From: Octopus vulgaris
Taxonomy: Eukaryota
Length of the DNA: 64,000 nt
Reading direction: 5' to 3'
NCBI GenBank assembly: GCA_951406725.2
Contig: OX597816.1
Span: forward strand, 116,932,001-116,996,000
Below, in pieces: positions 13,289-26,505 of the stretch. The notes under the pieces are model-generated. The model worked only from the letters and a program-made list of their open reading frames with translations, was not told where the DNA came from and did no database searches. Position numbers and translations under genes: made by a program. Within the stretch, counting starts at the first letter, position 1. Every line of letters starts with the position of its first letter.

Positions 13289-14112
13289 ATGTATATATAG
13301 GCATGTATGTATGTGTGTGTGTGTAGTATAGTGTATTTTTGTTTGTATGTGTGCGTACGCGTGTGCGTACGCGTATGCGTGAGAGAGAGAAGTATAAATG
13401 ATAAAAATAAAATGTTAAAGAGGTTACATAAGACGAAGAAGAGGAGGAGGAAGAGGAAGACGACGACGACAACGACGAAGGAGAAGAAGACTTAATGAAA
13501 TATTAATTCCATTATATTCAAAAATGATGATATTCTCACCAATTTTATTAAGTCTCAACTGTTTAGTTACACAAATTTAATTTACTGATTAATTTTTTCA
13601 GTTTTTTTTTCCTTGATTAGTTTTTTCTTTATTTGCTATTCCTTCATTTTTTTCTATATTTTTTTCTATTTCCATAATTGTTTTTATTTTTTACCGTATT
13701 GAGTTTTTCTTTCCTTTTCTTTTCAATACTGTTTTCTTCATTTTGTACAAATTTTAAATCATTGTTGTGCGTTTTTATTAAAATTTTCTTTCTGGATTTG
13801 TGTAATTTTCTTGTTTATTGTTTCAGTTATTTTTCTCACAAATCATTTGTTTTGTTGTTGTTTTTGTTAATGATTTTTGTTATTTTTTAATTTGTTAGTT
13901 ATTTATCAGTTTGAGGGCAATTGTTCATTAAATCTTGGCTTAAGTGATTACTTTATTAAAGAACCATATAGACGGTAAACTGGAACGAAAGTGAAGAGAG
14001 AAAGTACTCTAAAAGCACTGCTAATAGTAATTTCGACGACAACGATGATGATGATGATGATGATGATGATAATGATGAACAAAGAAGTTGTTTTGCATGG
14101 TAATCCCATTGG

Positions 14113-14308
14113 TACTCTTTTACTCTTTTATTTGTTTCAGTCATTTGACTGTGGCCATGCTGGAGCACCGCCTTTAGTCGAGCAAATCGACCCCAGGACT
14201 TATTCTTTGTAAGCCTAGTACTTATTCTATCGGTCTCTTTTGCCGAACCGCTAAGGTACGGGGACGTAAACACACCAGCATCGGTTGTCAAACACAGACA
14301 CACATACA

Positions 14309-14360
<52 letters not shown>

Positions 14361-14439
14361 ATAAATATAAGAGAGTGGTCACTATATGGCTCACTCTAGC
14401 ACCAGTTAATCCAAAAGGTTTTTATGCTATAATTATTAA

Positions 14440-14534
<95 letters not shown>

Positions 14535-14705
14535 AATATACGTCGGGATTCTTTCAGTTTCCGTCTACCAAATCCACTCACAGGGCTTTGGTCGGCCCGA
14601 GGCTATAACAGAAAACACTTGCCCAAGATGCCACGCAGTGGTACTGAACCCGGAACCATGTGGTTCGTAAGCAAGCTACTTACCACACAGCCACTCCCAC
14701 GCCTG
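14113..14705 (-). mobile_element. SINE family A, full copy split by an expanded internal microsatellite
   Basis: 3' half at 14113-14300 and 5' half at 14540-14705 match the reverse complement of 21111-21530. Confidence 0.9.
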
Positions 14706-14981
14706 TACATATTCTCTACATATACTCTCACATATTTATTAAGCCCGCTTACTCGCATAGCAAACGTAGATGAATCATCCACCAATTTAGACGATGTGTA
14801 TTTCGGTCGCTCGTTAAACTGAATTATCATCTTATTGAATTATAATAGTTTAAGTAGCAGAGTATATCACACACTCTGGTAATCATTGCATAATATCCAA
14901 GTAGACTCGGCGTGGCAATGTGCAAGAGAAGGATACACGAGCATATGCATGAGTGTCTGTATATACATATATTATATATAT

Positions 14982-15013
<32 letters not shown>

Positions 15014-15084
15014 TATAATTTTCTGTGTATATATATATAGATACTTCCAAACAAACATGATTTCTAATGAAACCCTAATATGTT

Positions 15085-15430
15085 TTATGAATTTTTTAAT
15101 AATTTCTCAAGATTTTTTCTGTAAACTGCTTTTAACATTTTCTTATTATTATCAAAGAATGTATATATGTATTGTAATGTTTTGTGCCCAATATTTTAAT
15201 GAACTTTTTAATATTTTCCCAAGATTTTTTCCTTGTAAACTATTTTTAACATGTTCTTATTATTATCAAAGAATGTATATATGTATTGTAATATTTTGTG
15301 ACAACCAGTACCTAACACAACAAAGCTTTTACATGTTTCTTTTGAGAATCTTTTTCTAAAAAAGTGAAACCGGTCAAGTGAATAAACATCTTTTAAAATT
15401 GCATTTTCAAACCTTCTTTCATATATATAT
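15085..15430 (+). mobile_element. Penelope pseudo-LTR-like repeat with about 110-bp tandem duplication and variant hammerhead motif
   Basis: 3' part gaaaccggtcaagtgaataaacatcttttaaaattgcattttcaaaccttctttc is nearly identical to 6277-6330; duplicated AT-rich unit at about 15085-15300. Confidence 0.6.
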
Positions 15431-15949
15431 ATATATGATGAGGAAAACATGATATCGCATCGTAGATCACTGAAAATCTATTTCCAAACCATACATGTAC
15501 AATATTATTGGGCTTCGTTACATAATGTACATGATTATGTACTAGTCATTGTTTAGTTGAAACAGGTGTAAAGATAAAGTTACTACATCTGTTTATTTGG
15601 ATACGCAACTATCCACGTGAATACGCCTACTTTTACTTACCTGTCTCGTTTTGCGTATATATGTGCGTGCGTGTGTGTATACATTGTAGTTAAGTGGCTG
15701 AATGTACCACACACTCGCGCACACACTTTACGTAATGTTTAGGCAGACTCAGTATGACAATGTATATAAGCCAATATGTGTGAGTATGTGAGCGTACGTG
15801 TGTGTAAACATGTAATGCATAGATGTATCTAAACAACATCTTTACTCTATGATTAGTATGTTGGTGCAGCTTTGCGTAATTGACAGCAAAATGACGAAAT
15901 TACAGGACAGTACACAACATAAATACTTACATTACAAATAACTGTTGAG

Positions 15950-17760
15950 TGGAAGCTTTGTTGTTGGTTTAAGATTCGTAGCTTAAATATTAACCAGAAG
16001 AGCTTTCATAGGACTTGATGTATCGGCGATCGGAATCGCGGGATATATATCTTTACTATTCAGGAATTCTAAATATGTGTTCGCTTGAATCCAATTCCCT
16101 TCTATAGAGTCTTGTTCAAGATAGACTTCTATTTCTTAATAAAGTGGGCCATCACAAACCGTATATTTATAGACCATTTTTGTGTGGTGTTTGATTGGTG
16201 CTAAAATACTGCACTGAAAGTTGCAGCCTTGTAAACGTTTTCAAATCTTCTATGTAAATGCTGCTTTGTGTTTTGTTGATCCGTATTACCAAGTTAGCTT
16301 GAAATAGCGTTGATGTTTCTACATATTGATCGGGTGGTGTCTAGTGAAACATTCCCTGACATGACTGGACATCGGTTATACGAGCAAAACACCCCCTGTC
16401 CAGTGGACGGTGCTGAGTTGTCAAACATTTAAACCAAATTTTCTCAAAACAACTTGTCCAACCGTCCCATAGGCCTCCCCTTTGAGAAACACTGATTTAA
16501 CCTAAATTTGAGACACCAGCAAAAGACGGATTTCGACTGATGCACTTGTGCGTACAAATGCACGTTCCCGCGGCTTTATCGATCGCATTCTCACCTGGAA
16601 TCGATTTTTCTAATTTTTTTCAAGACTTATACACGCCTTGATACCATCGGTATCTACATATCAAATTTGAGCGCAATCGGATGGAGGATGCCCGAGATCC
16701 TAGAAGACACACACACACAGACAGACAGACTGGATTTTAATAAAATAGATTTCTTGTGGATTGTTCTGACAAGATAGATGACCATCTGACAGGAAGATCG
16801 ACTTCTCCAGACTCTTAATCTATTTTCCATCTTTTCACTGTAGTGTTACCGACTGACCTAAACCCAACTTCCATCGTTATTGTATCCTATTCTCTCTTTT
16901 TCACTCATTCTTTCACTTTCTCTCTGATATTCTCTCTTCTTCTATCCCTGCCAGTCTCTGTTGCTATATGTTTCACTGCGATTTGTATTTTATCCGTCAT
17001 TTGTGAAACACATTTGTTTCACATAACATGATTCGATGTCTCTAGCCGAATGCAGCTCTCCGAAATTTTGCTCATAAGCAGCTTGCTTGCGTGGCTTCGT
17101 CACAGATGTCCTTACAACGAGTGGCTTTGTGAATGTGCGGGATCAGGAAGGATAAATACCTCTTTCTTTACTTTTTATAGAACTTATTTTTGAAACCTTC
17201 TGAAGGAAAGGACATGGTGTTGTCGAAAAAGTTCTGGAGACCATCAGCTGTTGAGTATTCAAGATCAAATTTGACGTTGATATGAAGAGTACTGAAGTTC
17301 TTGTGGAATTTTATGACCTCATCTCTGGAATGGGTTATTTTAAGGACCTCATTCACTTACCTCCGGGAGAGTGCGGGTGCGAGGTTCAAAATGCAGTATC
17401 CTGTGTTTCATGTCGACCAGTTTAAGAGTAGACAAGATTCTGGTATGTCCGAATCCTGATGAAAAAACGCTGAATTGTCGGTAGGTAGTACTTTGTAGCT
17501 GATAAACTTGGCAATTCAGAACTCCAGAAGGAATGTAGCGCTTTAAATTTTCTCAGAGTTATTTCTCTTTGGTATTTCCCATTGAGGTAGGTTAAAGAAC
17601 AGGAAACGCTGCGTCTGGGAATCAGATAGAGGGCAACACTGGACGGGTATGGTGTTTTCACACCTTTCACCATAAGAGGGGATTTTTTCTCCATGATAAC
17701 TACAGTAAATTTGCCTTTAAAAGTTGAAACATGTCCCAAACGTATTTTAACTAACCTAAA
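15950..17760 (-). mobile_element. Degenerate Penelope-like element (RT plus GIY-YIG remnants), interrupted by a Helitron
   Basis: Minus-strand RR*VNEVLKITHSRDEVIKFHKNFSTLHINVKFDLEYS...NFFD...FYKK resembles PLE RYVDD...LNS.HPNIKFT.E...LPFLD...YRK. The 16050-16290 segment gives YGST/HLHRRFE/SAVF*H and IEGNWIQ...LNSKD, resembling PLE GIY-YIG. Confidence 0.55.
16341..16749 (-). mobile_element. Non-autonomous Helitron-like element (second, truncated copy at 58115-58495)
   Basis: Minus strand begins TCTATTTTATTAAAATCCAGTCTGTCTGTCTGTGTG and ends ...TTTCACTAG; about 370 bp highly similar to 58115-58495. Confidence 0.7.
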
Positions 17761-17928
17761 GTTCGCGTATCCCTAATCACTGATACGGGTGAATTTCTCC
17801 CGACCGGACGGTCCAACAGCGAAACTCGGTGTTTTTGACAGATTTTTACTTAATGCTACAGCTTTAAATCTGCTCAGAGTTACCCCTCTTCGGTGTACCC
17901 CTCTTCACACACATTTCCCTCTGAGGAA

Positions 17929-17964
<36 letters not shown>

Positions 17965-17967
<3 letters not shown>

Positions 17968-18140
17968 CGTGGCCTAGTGAGATCGTGGTTTCGATTCCCA
18001 GACCGGCTGTGCGTTTTATTCTTGAGCAAAACACTTCATTTTACGTTGCTCCAGTCCACTCAGCTGTAGTGGATAACCCTGCGATGGACTAGCCTTCCGA
18101 TCAGGGGGGATGTTGGCCAGCTCACCTAGCCAGTGGAGTG
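17965..18140 (+). mobile_element. V-SINE-like repeat
   Basis: gtggcctagt...gtttcgattccc...cttgagcaaaacactt...aaccctgcgatggactagc...cagggg (V-domain-like); related copies at 47750-48010 and 57690-57870 (-). Confidence 0.65.
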
Positions 18141-18740
18141 ACGAAATGCTTAGCGGTATTTCGTCTGTCTTTATGTTCTGAGTTCAAATTCCGTCGAGGT
18201 CGACTTTGCCTTTCATCTTTTTGAGATCGATAAATTAAGTACCAGTTGCGTACTGGGTCGATCTAATCGACTGGACCTCTCCCAAAAAATTTCGGGCCTT
18301 GTGCCTAGAGTACAAAAAAATATTTTGACTTATCTAAGGCTGCAAGCTGGCAGAAACGTTAGCACGCGGGCGAAACGCTGAGTAGTATTTCGTCTGTCTT
18401 TACGTTCTGAGTTCAAATTTCGCCGAGGTCGACTTTGCCTTTCATCCTTTCGGGGTCGATAAATTAAGTACCAGTTGCATATTGGGTCGATCTAATCGAC
18501 TGGCTCCTCCCCCAAAATTTCAGGTCTTGTGCCGATAGTAGAAGAGAATCTTTAGCACGCAGAGCAAAATCCTTAACGGCATTTCGTCCGTCTGTACTTT
18601 CTGAGTTCAAATTCCGCCGTAGTCGAGTTTGCCTTTCATCCTTTCGTAGTCGATAAAATAAGTACCAGTTGAGCGCTGAGGCCAATATAATCGACTTACC
18701 CAGGAATTGCTGGTTTTGTGCCAAAATTTGAAACCAATAT
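18140..18740 (+). mobile_element. SINE family B head-to-tail trimer
   Basis: Three successive ctgagttcaaatt..gtcgactttgcctttcatc..aagtaccagttg units. Confidence 0.9.
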
Positions 18741-18963
18741 TTATGGTTTATCTATGTAACTCGTTTATAATTAGATTCTTTGTTCCTTCTTTCATTTGAT
18801 ACTCCTCTATTGTTTTATTAGTCTCCGTAGTCTGGGTTAGTCTCTGATATTACTTGATTCGATTTCCAAAGACACATCTCTGAAATAAAATCGCTGAAAA
18901 TATTGAGGGAATAGTCTCAGCGCCTTGATATCTTATATACCCTTCTTTTTTTATTTCTTTCTG

Positions 18964-19012
<49 letters not shown>

Positions 19013-19449
19013 CTATCTCTCTTTCCCCATCTATCTATCTACATATTTGCCTCTTTGTCTGGCTGTCTATCTATCTATCTACCTATCTGTCTGTCTGTCT
19101 GTCTCCTATCCGCCTTCCCTTCTGTCTATGTTGCTTTTAACATGTTTCTATTTGAAGAATTCTGCCCTACAAGTGGCTTATTAAATAAACAGCTGCTTAC
19201 ATTAACTAGGTCATATATAGAATAACAAAATCGTGCAAGGGTGCGTGTGCATATGTATAAGAACAAAAGTGCAAAAGGTGAAAAGAAAGCGAACGGATAA
19301 ATTAAAGCAACTAAAGTGTTTATCAGCAATGTAATTTAAACGTTTCTTCCTTTTTCCCTTTTCAACAGAAACTGAAAATAGATTTTTATTTTGGTAAAAC
19401 TCAGACAGCATTTATTGTCTATAAAAATCGTATTGAATTAGTCAATTTG

Positions 19450-20940
19450 TCATTGTTTGAATCATGTTTATCATGTATTCCATATCTTTCAAGAGATGCT
19501 GCTATTAAAAGAGTGTTGGAAAATACACGGGGAGAATTTCATTGTAATTTTCGGGGTTAATAGAGGCTAGGATTTATTCAAGATGGAAGGCACTAAGTAC
19601 TGATATTTAGGCTTGCTTGATAAAGATAATATAATGATACTTTCCTATTAATGAGGTTAAACTAACAAAGGAGCCGGCATGAGCTGCTGCAGTCACAGAC
19701 AAAAGCCATATAATGGACGAAATTATTCTGATTTCAACGGTTGTTGAAATACGTAGATATAATTAGAAGAAAGCATCCTAAAGAAGGAAACTCAATAGCA
19801 TTTCAGATATTCCCAAACAAAATCTAGAAAGCCTCTGGTGAAAATTCAGAGTAAAATGTAAGGCTTTGTTTTTCCGTTTTTGCAAACAATCAATGTAAGA
19901 TGACTGAAGGTTGTAATGGCAATGTGTAATTGCAAAGCTGTAGGAGTGTGTGAAGAATTATATAATATTATCAGCTTATGGCAAAATGTGTTGGCTGTCA
20001 ACTGTAAATATGTTTAACACGAGACAGCAGTTGACTGAATCATAGCTATCATCTACATGGAGAGGTGGAAGTGTAAGCAAAACCTTTCATTAGAAAGAGG
20101 GAAGCTCAAAGATAAGTTAGGAAAGGAAGTAGTAAATGGGATTGGAAAATGCCAAAAAGGAAAGTATCCATTAAATTGAAAGAAGGTGAATGAGAAAAGC
20201 TTTTATTGAAGTTGCTATTAACACCAAATTGTGTGAAGAAACAGTGACAATAAAATAAAGGAGAGACCTTGGAGTAGCTACAACATCTTGATCTAATTTT
20301 TAAAGATGTCCCCCAGCAACTACAACAGTATTCAACTTAATTAGTCAAGTCTTACGTCATGATGAAATAAGTCCTTTCAAGTTAGGTGGGAAAAAGAGAG
20401 GACATGACAATTTATATTCAGATGCAACAGCAACACTGATGGGAAATCTACTTTGTTTAGTTTTCGTTTTCTTGCAAATGGAAAACGAGTAGTAAACTTT
20501 GGATAAATAAGAATGCGTATATAGTTTGTTTCCTAGATGTCTCAATCAATAAGACTGTAGCACCTACTACGGAGCTATGTTTACGTATGGTACTATATGA
20601 AGATGTCGCGTTATTGGAGTGGATGTTAATTACTACAGAACAAATGCCTGTAAACTATTACCTGGATGTTCATCAAACCAGAATGATTGAACCTTGTAGC
20701 CAAAACTTAACATTCTCGACGTAAGTAAAAACAAAGAGGCACTTTCTAGATTTTACAATTTATGCAAAGGATGAAATCAGTACATTGGCCATGTGTACGG
20801 TAGTAAATCGTAAGGCTTATATCGATAACTGATAGCAGTATCATATTATCATTGTATTTCTTCAAGGTACCTTAGGATAAATTTTTATCAATTATTTTTC
20901 TATAATGCTGATAAACATAGTTGTGTTTATAAATCAGATC
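19450..20940 (+). mobile_element. Very degenerate R4/Dong-like (RLE-type) LINE remnant
   Basis: EGTKY*YLGLLDKDNI resembles YKYLGILEAD; EELYNIISLWQNVLAVNCKYV*HETAV resembles ET..HIIS.C......YK.RHD; LDVHQTRMIEPCSQNL...HFLDFTI resembles the RLE motif. Interrupted at about 20050-20650. Confidence 0.4.
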
Positions 20941-21065
20941 TTGAATATATTCCTTATAAATCTAATTTAGCTTTAACTCTTAAACTTTCTGGAAGAAACG
21001 TTTTTTTCTTACTATTCAGCACCTCAATGAAGCATTGACCGTATGGGACATATGTTGAATTTTGA

Positions 21066-21530
21066 TATATAGGCGCAGGAGTGGCTATATAGGCGCAGGA
21101 GTGGCTATATAGGCGCAGGAGTGGCTGTGTGGTAAGTAGCTTGCTAACCAACCACATGGTTCCGGGTTCAGTCCCACTGCGTGGCATCTTGGGCAAGTGT
21201 CTTCTGCTATAGCCCCGGGCCGACCAATGCCTTGTGAGTGGATTTGGTAGACGGAAACTGAAAGAAGCCTGTCGTATATATGTATATATATATATAAGTG
21301 TGTGTGTATATGTTTGTGTGTCTGTGTTTGTCCTCCTAGCATTGCTTGACAACCGATGCTGGTGTGTTTACGTCCCCGTCACTTAGCGGTTCGGCAAAAG
21401 AGACCGATAGAATAAGTACTGGGCTTACAAAGAATAAGTACCGGGGTCGATTTGCTCGACTAAAGGCGGTGCTCCAGCATGGCCGCAGTCAAATGACTGA
21501 AACAAGTAAAAGAGTAAAGAGTAAAGAGAG
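21066..21530 (+). mobile_element. SINE family A, full-length young copy with triplicated 5' end
   Basis: A-box-like TGGCTGTGTGG, B-box-like GGTTCAGTCCC, internal (TA/TG)n, tail gtaaaagagtaaagagtaaagag; 20-bp tatataggcgcaggagtggc repeated three times at 21066-21125. Confidence 0.92.
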
Positions 21531-24500
21531 TTCTGGCACGTCATTACTCCTGGGAGATTTATTTTGCCTATTATTAGTGATAGAGCTACAATTAATAACA
21601 TTTGTAAAGAATGGGCACAAATTATAAACATGCAACAGACAGGACAAATGATAAAACAAAAATATAGCCTTCATCAGCTATCTCACCAATGAGTCTATCA
21701 GTTTCAGCACCTTGGGATATAACTACTTCCTTAGTGACGTCACCGGCGATAGGATACAGTTATTAGGAAATTAATATAGTAAAGACGAGACACAAAACAT
21801 GCTAGTGGTTTAGGTGTTAAGCTCATGACCGTGTGTTCAATTCTCAAACTGGACGCATGTTGTACCGTTCTTTAAGGTACTCCATTTAATCTTACTTCAT
21901 TCTCCTTTCATCAGCTGAAAATAAGTACCAATGACAGGTGGGATGTAACCTGGTGACAGAATGGTATGCAGGGGTGAAATATTGTGTTCTCAATCGCTTA
22001 AACACCACAGAAACTGAGACAAGCACTGGCCTAGTAGGTATGTAGGCTCAAGAGAGACTTCAACTTTTTAAAGGAAGGAAGAAAGGAAGGGAGGAAGGAA
22101 GGAAGGGAGGAAGGAAGGAAGGAAGGATTGCTGGCTAACCAATTCTTCTCTCAAAATCGGTTAATAAATACTTCTGTAAACTTTTCTATTTTGAGATTTC
22201 GTCCACACTACGCTACTTTTTCACGCCTAAAAGACGTACGTATATTGCTAGGGTGAGATGTGTGCGTTACTTCAGTTAAGTGACTCACGAAAAATTTGCT
22301 TTGACTGTTGTTTTATGCAAACTTTTAGAAGACAGAAAAATATTGACCTGGAAATCAAAGATTGGCCGAGAGAAAACGAGGTGCTGTAATTGTTTTTATT
22401 TAGCTCCAGGTTAACCCTGATTGAGCAAACATCAAATGAAAGATGTTCTAACCATGGACATCTTGTCTTGATTCATAATGTATCTATGACTGTATATCCA
22501 GTGTAGCCTTCCTTTTGTAATATGTTAGGCCAGATTTTGACAGCGATTTTAGTTTTATTTAGATCAGGTTGAATGGCCAACTAGATGCCTCTAGTTGCTT
22601 CATTGAGAAATGTGACTAGTGAGTTTAAAGTGGAGACAATGCACAGAAATTTCCTAATTTATTTCATTTAGAGACACTTTGGGAAGATGAAGCTTTAATG
22701 CAATGTATCTAGGGTTATTTAACCTGGCAGACTATCTTCCAGAAACACTCGAGAAAGAATTTTGTATCAGCATGGCAGGCTAACCATATACGTGACAATT
22801 GGGTGTGACTTTGCCATTCATTTACTTTACCTTCTTCCTGCAAGGTGGACAAAACCATTTGAAAGTTAAGTGTCTCAAAAGACATTATCGTTAAAGTAGA
22901 AGAGCTAAATAAAGGATTTACCCACGTTGATAGTGTATTTAGTACTGTTGGTAGATTAAGAAGGTGAACCTACGTACTATTAGATATTTGAAATTTGCAC
23001 ATTTCTTTCTATATTTTGTAGCTAAGGCTAGTGAAACAGCGTACATTTTGTAGAGTAGATAGCACTGACGTTGGTTTGTTGAATCACCAACTGCTGTAAT
23101 TAGTCTATAATTTTTATACTTATACCTACAAAATTATATTAGCTGACCTATACTAGTCTTTTACACAACGATTTTGTGTTCCATTAGAATAGAGTTATTG
23201 ACATTTGAAGTAACATGAAGTAAACAAAAGAAAACATCAAAGCAAGGCCCTGAAAACAGTAGAAAATATTATATACTGTTTTTTGAGAGTGTTCGTTTTG
23301 CTATATGTAATAATTGATCACTATTTATTCTGTTTGATCTTTACCAATGCCATTCAAGTATCAGTAGACTAGATCTGACAGCAATTAGCATCGTTAGGAA
23401 CGTTTTGCAGAAATCATGTCACTAAATATTATTGAATTCATTTTTATCTTGCTATGAAACTCTCAGAAGTTCTGCTAATTGATACACGCACGAGCATGCA
23501 TAATGTTTTTTCTATCACAACCATATATGCATATGTATTTACATAAATAAATATATGCACGCAAATATATAGCACATATATATTTATATACTTATGTATG
23601 ATGTTTACATGTATATGTCGAGGTTTTCAGAACTGTGGAGCTACTGGCTTCAGCGTAATCAATGTGTAGAAAAGATTTCAATATATGATAGTCCATATCA
23701 GCAAAATACTATAGCTAATCTCAGTGCAATATCTCAGCTGGATTTCACCTAGTTTAAGTTTTAGTTTTGAATATGAGAGCCGATGAATTTATTGTTACTT
23801 TCGTATATTTGAAGGTCAACTTTTAAAACAATAACAGATTTCTAAGATAACATAAAACGGAGAACGAGAATCGCCGCTCATGTCATATCCACTCATTTCT
23901 ATTTTATCTATCACAAAGGGTTCATAAAAGAAATTGGTGGTCCGGTATTGGATGGATGAAAAACAACCTTGGCACCGACTTGTTTTTACTTTTCTTATCG
24001 TTTTACATCCATATTTTCCAGTTTGATTATTTTTGCCAATTTTTGCAGATATATATTGGAAAACTTGTTTTCAGAGCTTGATGACTTTTCTTGTCAGTAC
24101 CCAACGAACTGTGAAGGTACACAACAGTGGGCTTCTATTTTACTCGACTGAACTCTCATAGCCATTTGATGTTTTAAAAAATCCTATAATATTGTTATAG
24201 TTAAATATTTTTTACGAATTGTAAAAGGAACTTTAAAAATATTATGTGTATTGTAGAAGTATGGCCAGTTTATTGTACATAAACTTTAACAACAAAATCT
24301 TATATAGACCACCAGCCCACACACACACAAGGGTCATGCAGACCCCAGTTGAGAACCACTGGTGTAGAATATGCCTGTTGTCAACCAGGAAATCATGGGA
24401 AGTTCCTCGACTAATGATTAAATAATTGATGCTTCTTATAATGTCTAAAATTTTCGTAAATCTCTGGCCTAGTATTCAACTAGACATCATGGTTATGTAG

Positions 24501-24977
24501 ATTTTTTTTAGAATGAGATATTTTCTGTTGTGAAAGGATCAAGTTTTCTTTTCCATTGTTGAAACAACACTGATCATTCAATAATTCTCGTTTTGATATT
24601 GTAATTAGACGCTTTTCTTTTAATTATACCAGATATAGTCGGTTAATTTTGACGAGCTTTCCTTTCGACATGTCGGCAAAAAAATACAGTCGTAGATATC
24701 TTTGCTTGAATTCCGCTTTAAATATCCTATGTATCATTTAAGTTTTATTGCTGCAGTTTCGTTCGCAAAGAAAAATTCTGCTTCGAAAATGATTTCTTCA
24801 TGGTAAGACATAGCTGATATTTTTGCATTAGCATACGATCTCAGATACATGGAGAGTGAGAATGTAGTATTACGTTCTCTGCTTTTGTCTTTTTACTCAG
24901 AACTTTGTAATTGCATGATAGCGATGTGAACTTCTTAGACAATTAGCCATGCTGTGTCCATATATGTATATATCATA

Positions 24978-25225
24978 TTGGAGCATGCGGGTAATGGTAT
25001 CAGAGTTGATAGAGGGAAGCCTGTTCAGGACGTTGTTGAAGTGCTCTTCCCACCTTTTCAGGACTGCGTTTTTGTCAGTGAGGAGAGTGGTCCCGTCAGC
25101 ACGAAGCAGTTCCGGAGGACTGTTGTCTGTTAACGTTTTCAGGGCATCGTAGAAGCGCTTGGGGTTGTTGTCAGTGTACTTCTGTGTCTCATTCGCCTCT
25201 TTTTAGAGCCAGGAATCTGCAACTT
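24978..25225 (-). mobile_element. RTE-clade LINE fragment (EN-RT linker)
   Basis: ANETQKYTDNNPKRFYDALKT...LLRADGTTLLTDKNAVLKRWEEHFNNVLNRLPSINSDTITRMLQ. Confidence 0.85.
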
Positions 25226-26149
25226 GACCGATTGCCTAGTGGTTAGATTTCAAATCACAGCTAATGAATTTGGTAGATGTAATGTGTGTGTGTGTGTGTG
25301 TGTGCGCGTGCGTGCGTGTGCGTGTGCATATTTATACATATATATATATATCTATATATGTACGTGTGTGTATGTAGACTTGTGAGTAAAGACATTCTAC
25401 CTCTAACCATCCTGACGTTTTGTACATCTAAGACTACATTGTCCAATATGTTCAGAAGGGATGATTTATGAGGAAGATTTGACTGTTATTTCCAGCAGGA
25501 GTGCAATTACGTAGAGGTTCTCTCATTGGTTCATATCTACTACTGATGCTAATATTGCAGAGATGTAATTCTGGAAAAGAAGTTGATAATGATGGTGTTG
25601 ATATTTCCGAGTGGGGATAATGATGCTGTAAGCTTGTTGTCGTTGGCAGAAGTGAGTTAGAAGGCGACCTCAAATTTAAACAGAGACCTTGTTAAAGAGC
25701 CGTAATCAGCATATTGGTTTAGCTCATGTATCACTTGCAGGCACTGTGTGTGGGCTTTTTAGCAAAGAAGGAAAATAATTCTTCTAATATTTACCATCTG
25801 TCGCAGATCTTCAAATATTTCTCCAACTTCCTTAAAATAGGGGTAAAAAGCCAGGGGTAATAATGACTGAAAAATTGTCAACATAAGGTCGGAACTTAAA
25901 CTACCATTTCACTATTTCACTGTCATTTCACTGTACATCTATTCTTCTTTTTTTCAGTCTCTGTTGTTGTGATTGTGCACCTCTCTCCTTCACCCTCCTT
26001 TTCTCTGTGTGCGTGTGTGTGCGAGCGCGCGTGTGTGCCTGCGTGTGTGTTTGTGCGTGTACATGTATGTATGTACGTATGTATGTGTGTGTATGTATCG
26101 TCTGTTCTCTAACTGTCACTTTCTGTGTTGTCTCTGTTAAATTTGTGTA

Positions 26150-26300
26150 TAGGCGCAGGCGTGGCTGTGTGGTAGAAAGTTTGCTTCCCTACGACATAGT
26201 CCCGGGTTCAGTCCAACTACCTGGCACCTTGAGCAAGTGTCTTCTACTATAGCCTTGTGGGTGAATTTGATAGACGGAAACTGAATGAAGCCCATCATAT
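26150..26300 (+). mobile_element. SINE family A, 5' half
   Basis: aggcgcaggcgtggctgtgtggtagaaag...ccgggttcagtcc...gacggaaactgaatgaagccc. Confidence 0.85.
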
Positions 26301-26505
26301 ATATCTACATAATTTTTATAATTATGAGTATAATTATAATTAGGGTTCAGCAAAAAATTTTGCTTTACCACATACCGAAATTTAGAAATATTCGCCAAAA
26401 CTAACTATTTCTCTACGATAAGAAAATCTCCCAGACAACATATACTCAAAACAACTCACGAAGGCAAAGAGAAAAAAAATAACGAATTCACTCGGCATTT
26501 TATTA

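Noticed and set aside
20050-20650. Possible Penelope RT fragment inside the R4-like remnant
   Set aside because: Only weak motif resemblance.
21111-21190. tRNA gene
   Set aside because: The A/B-box-like motifs belong to a SINE head that continues into a repeat body; no cloverleaf is evident.
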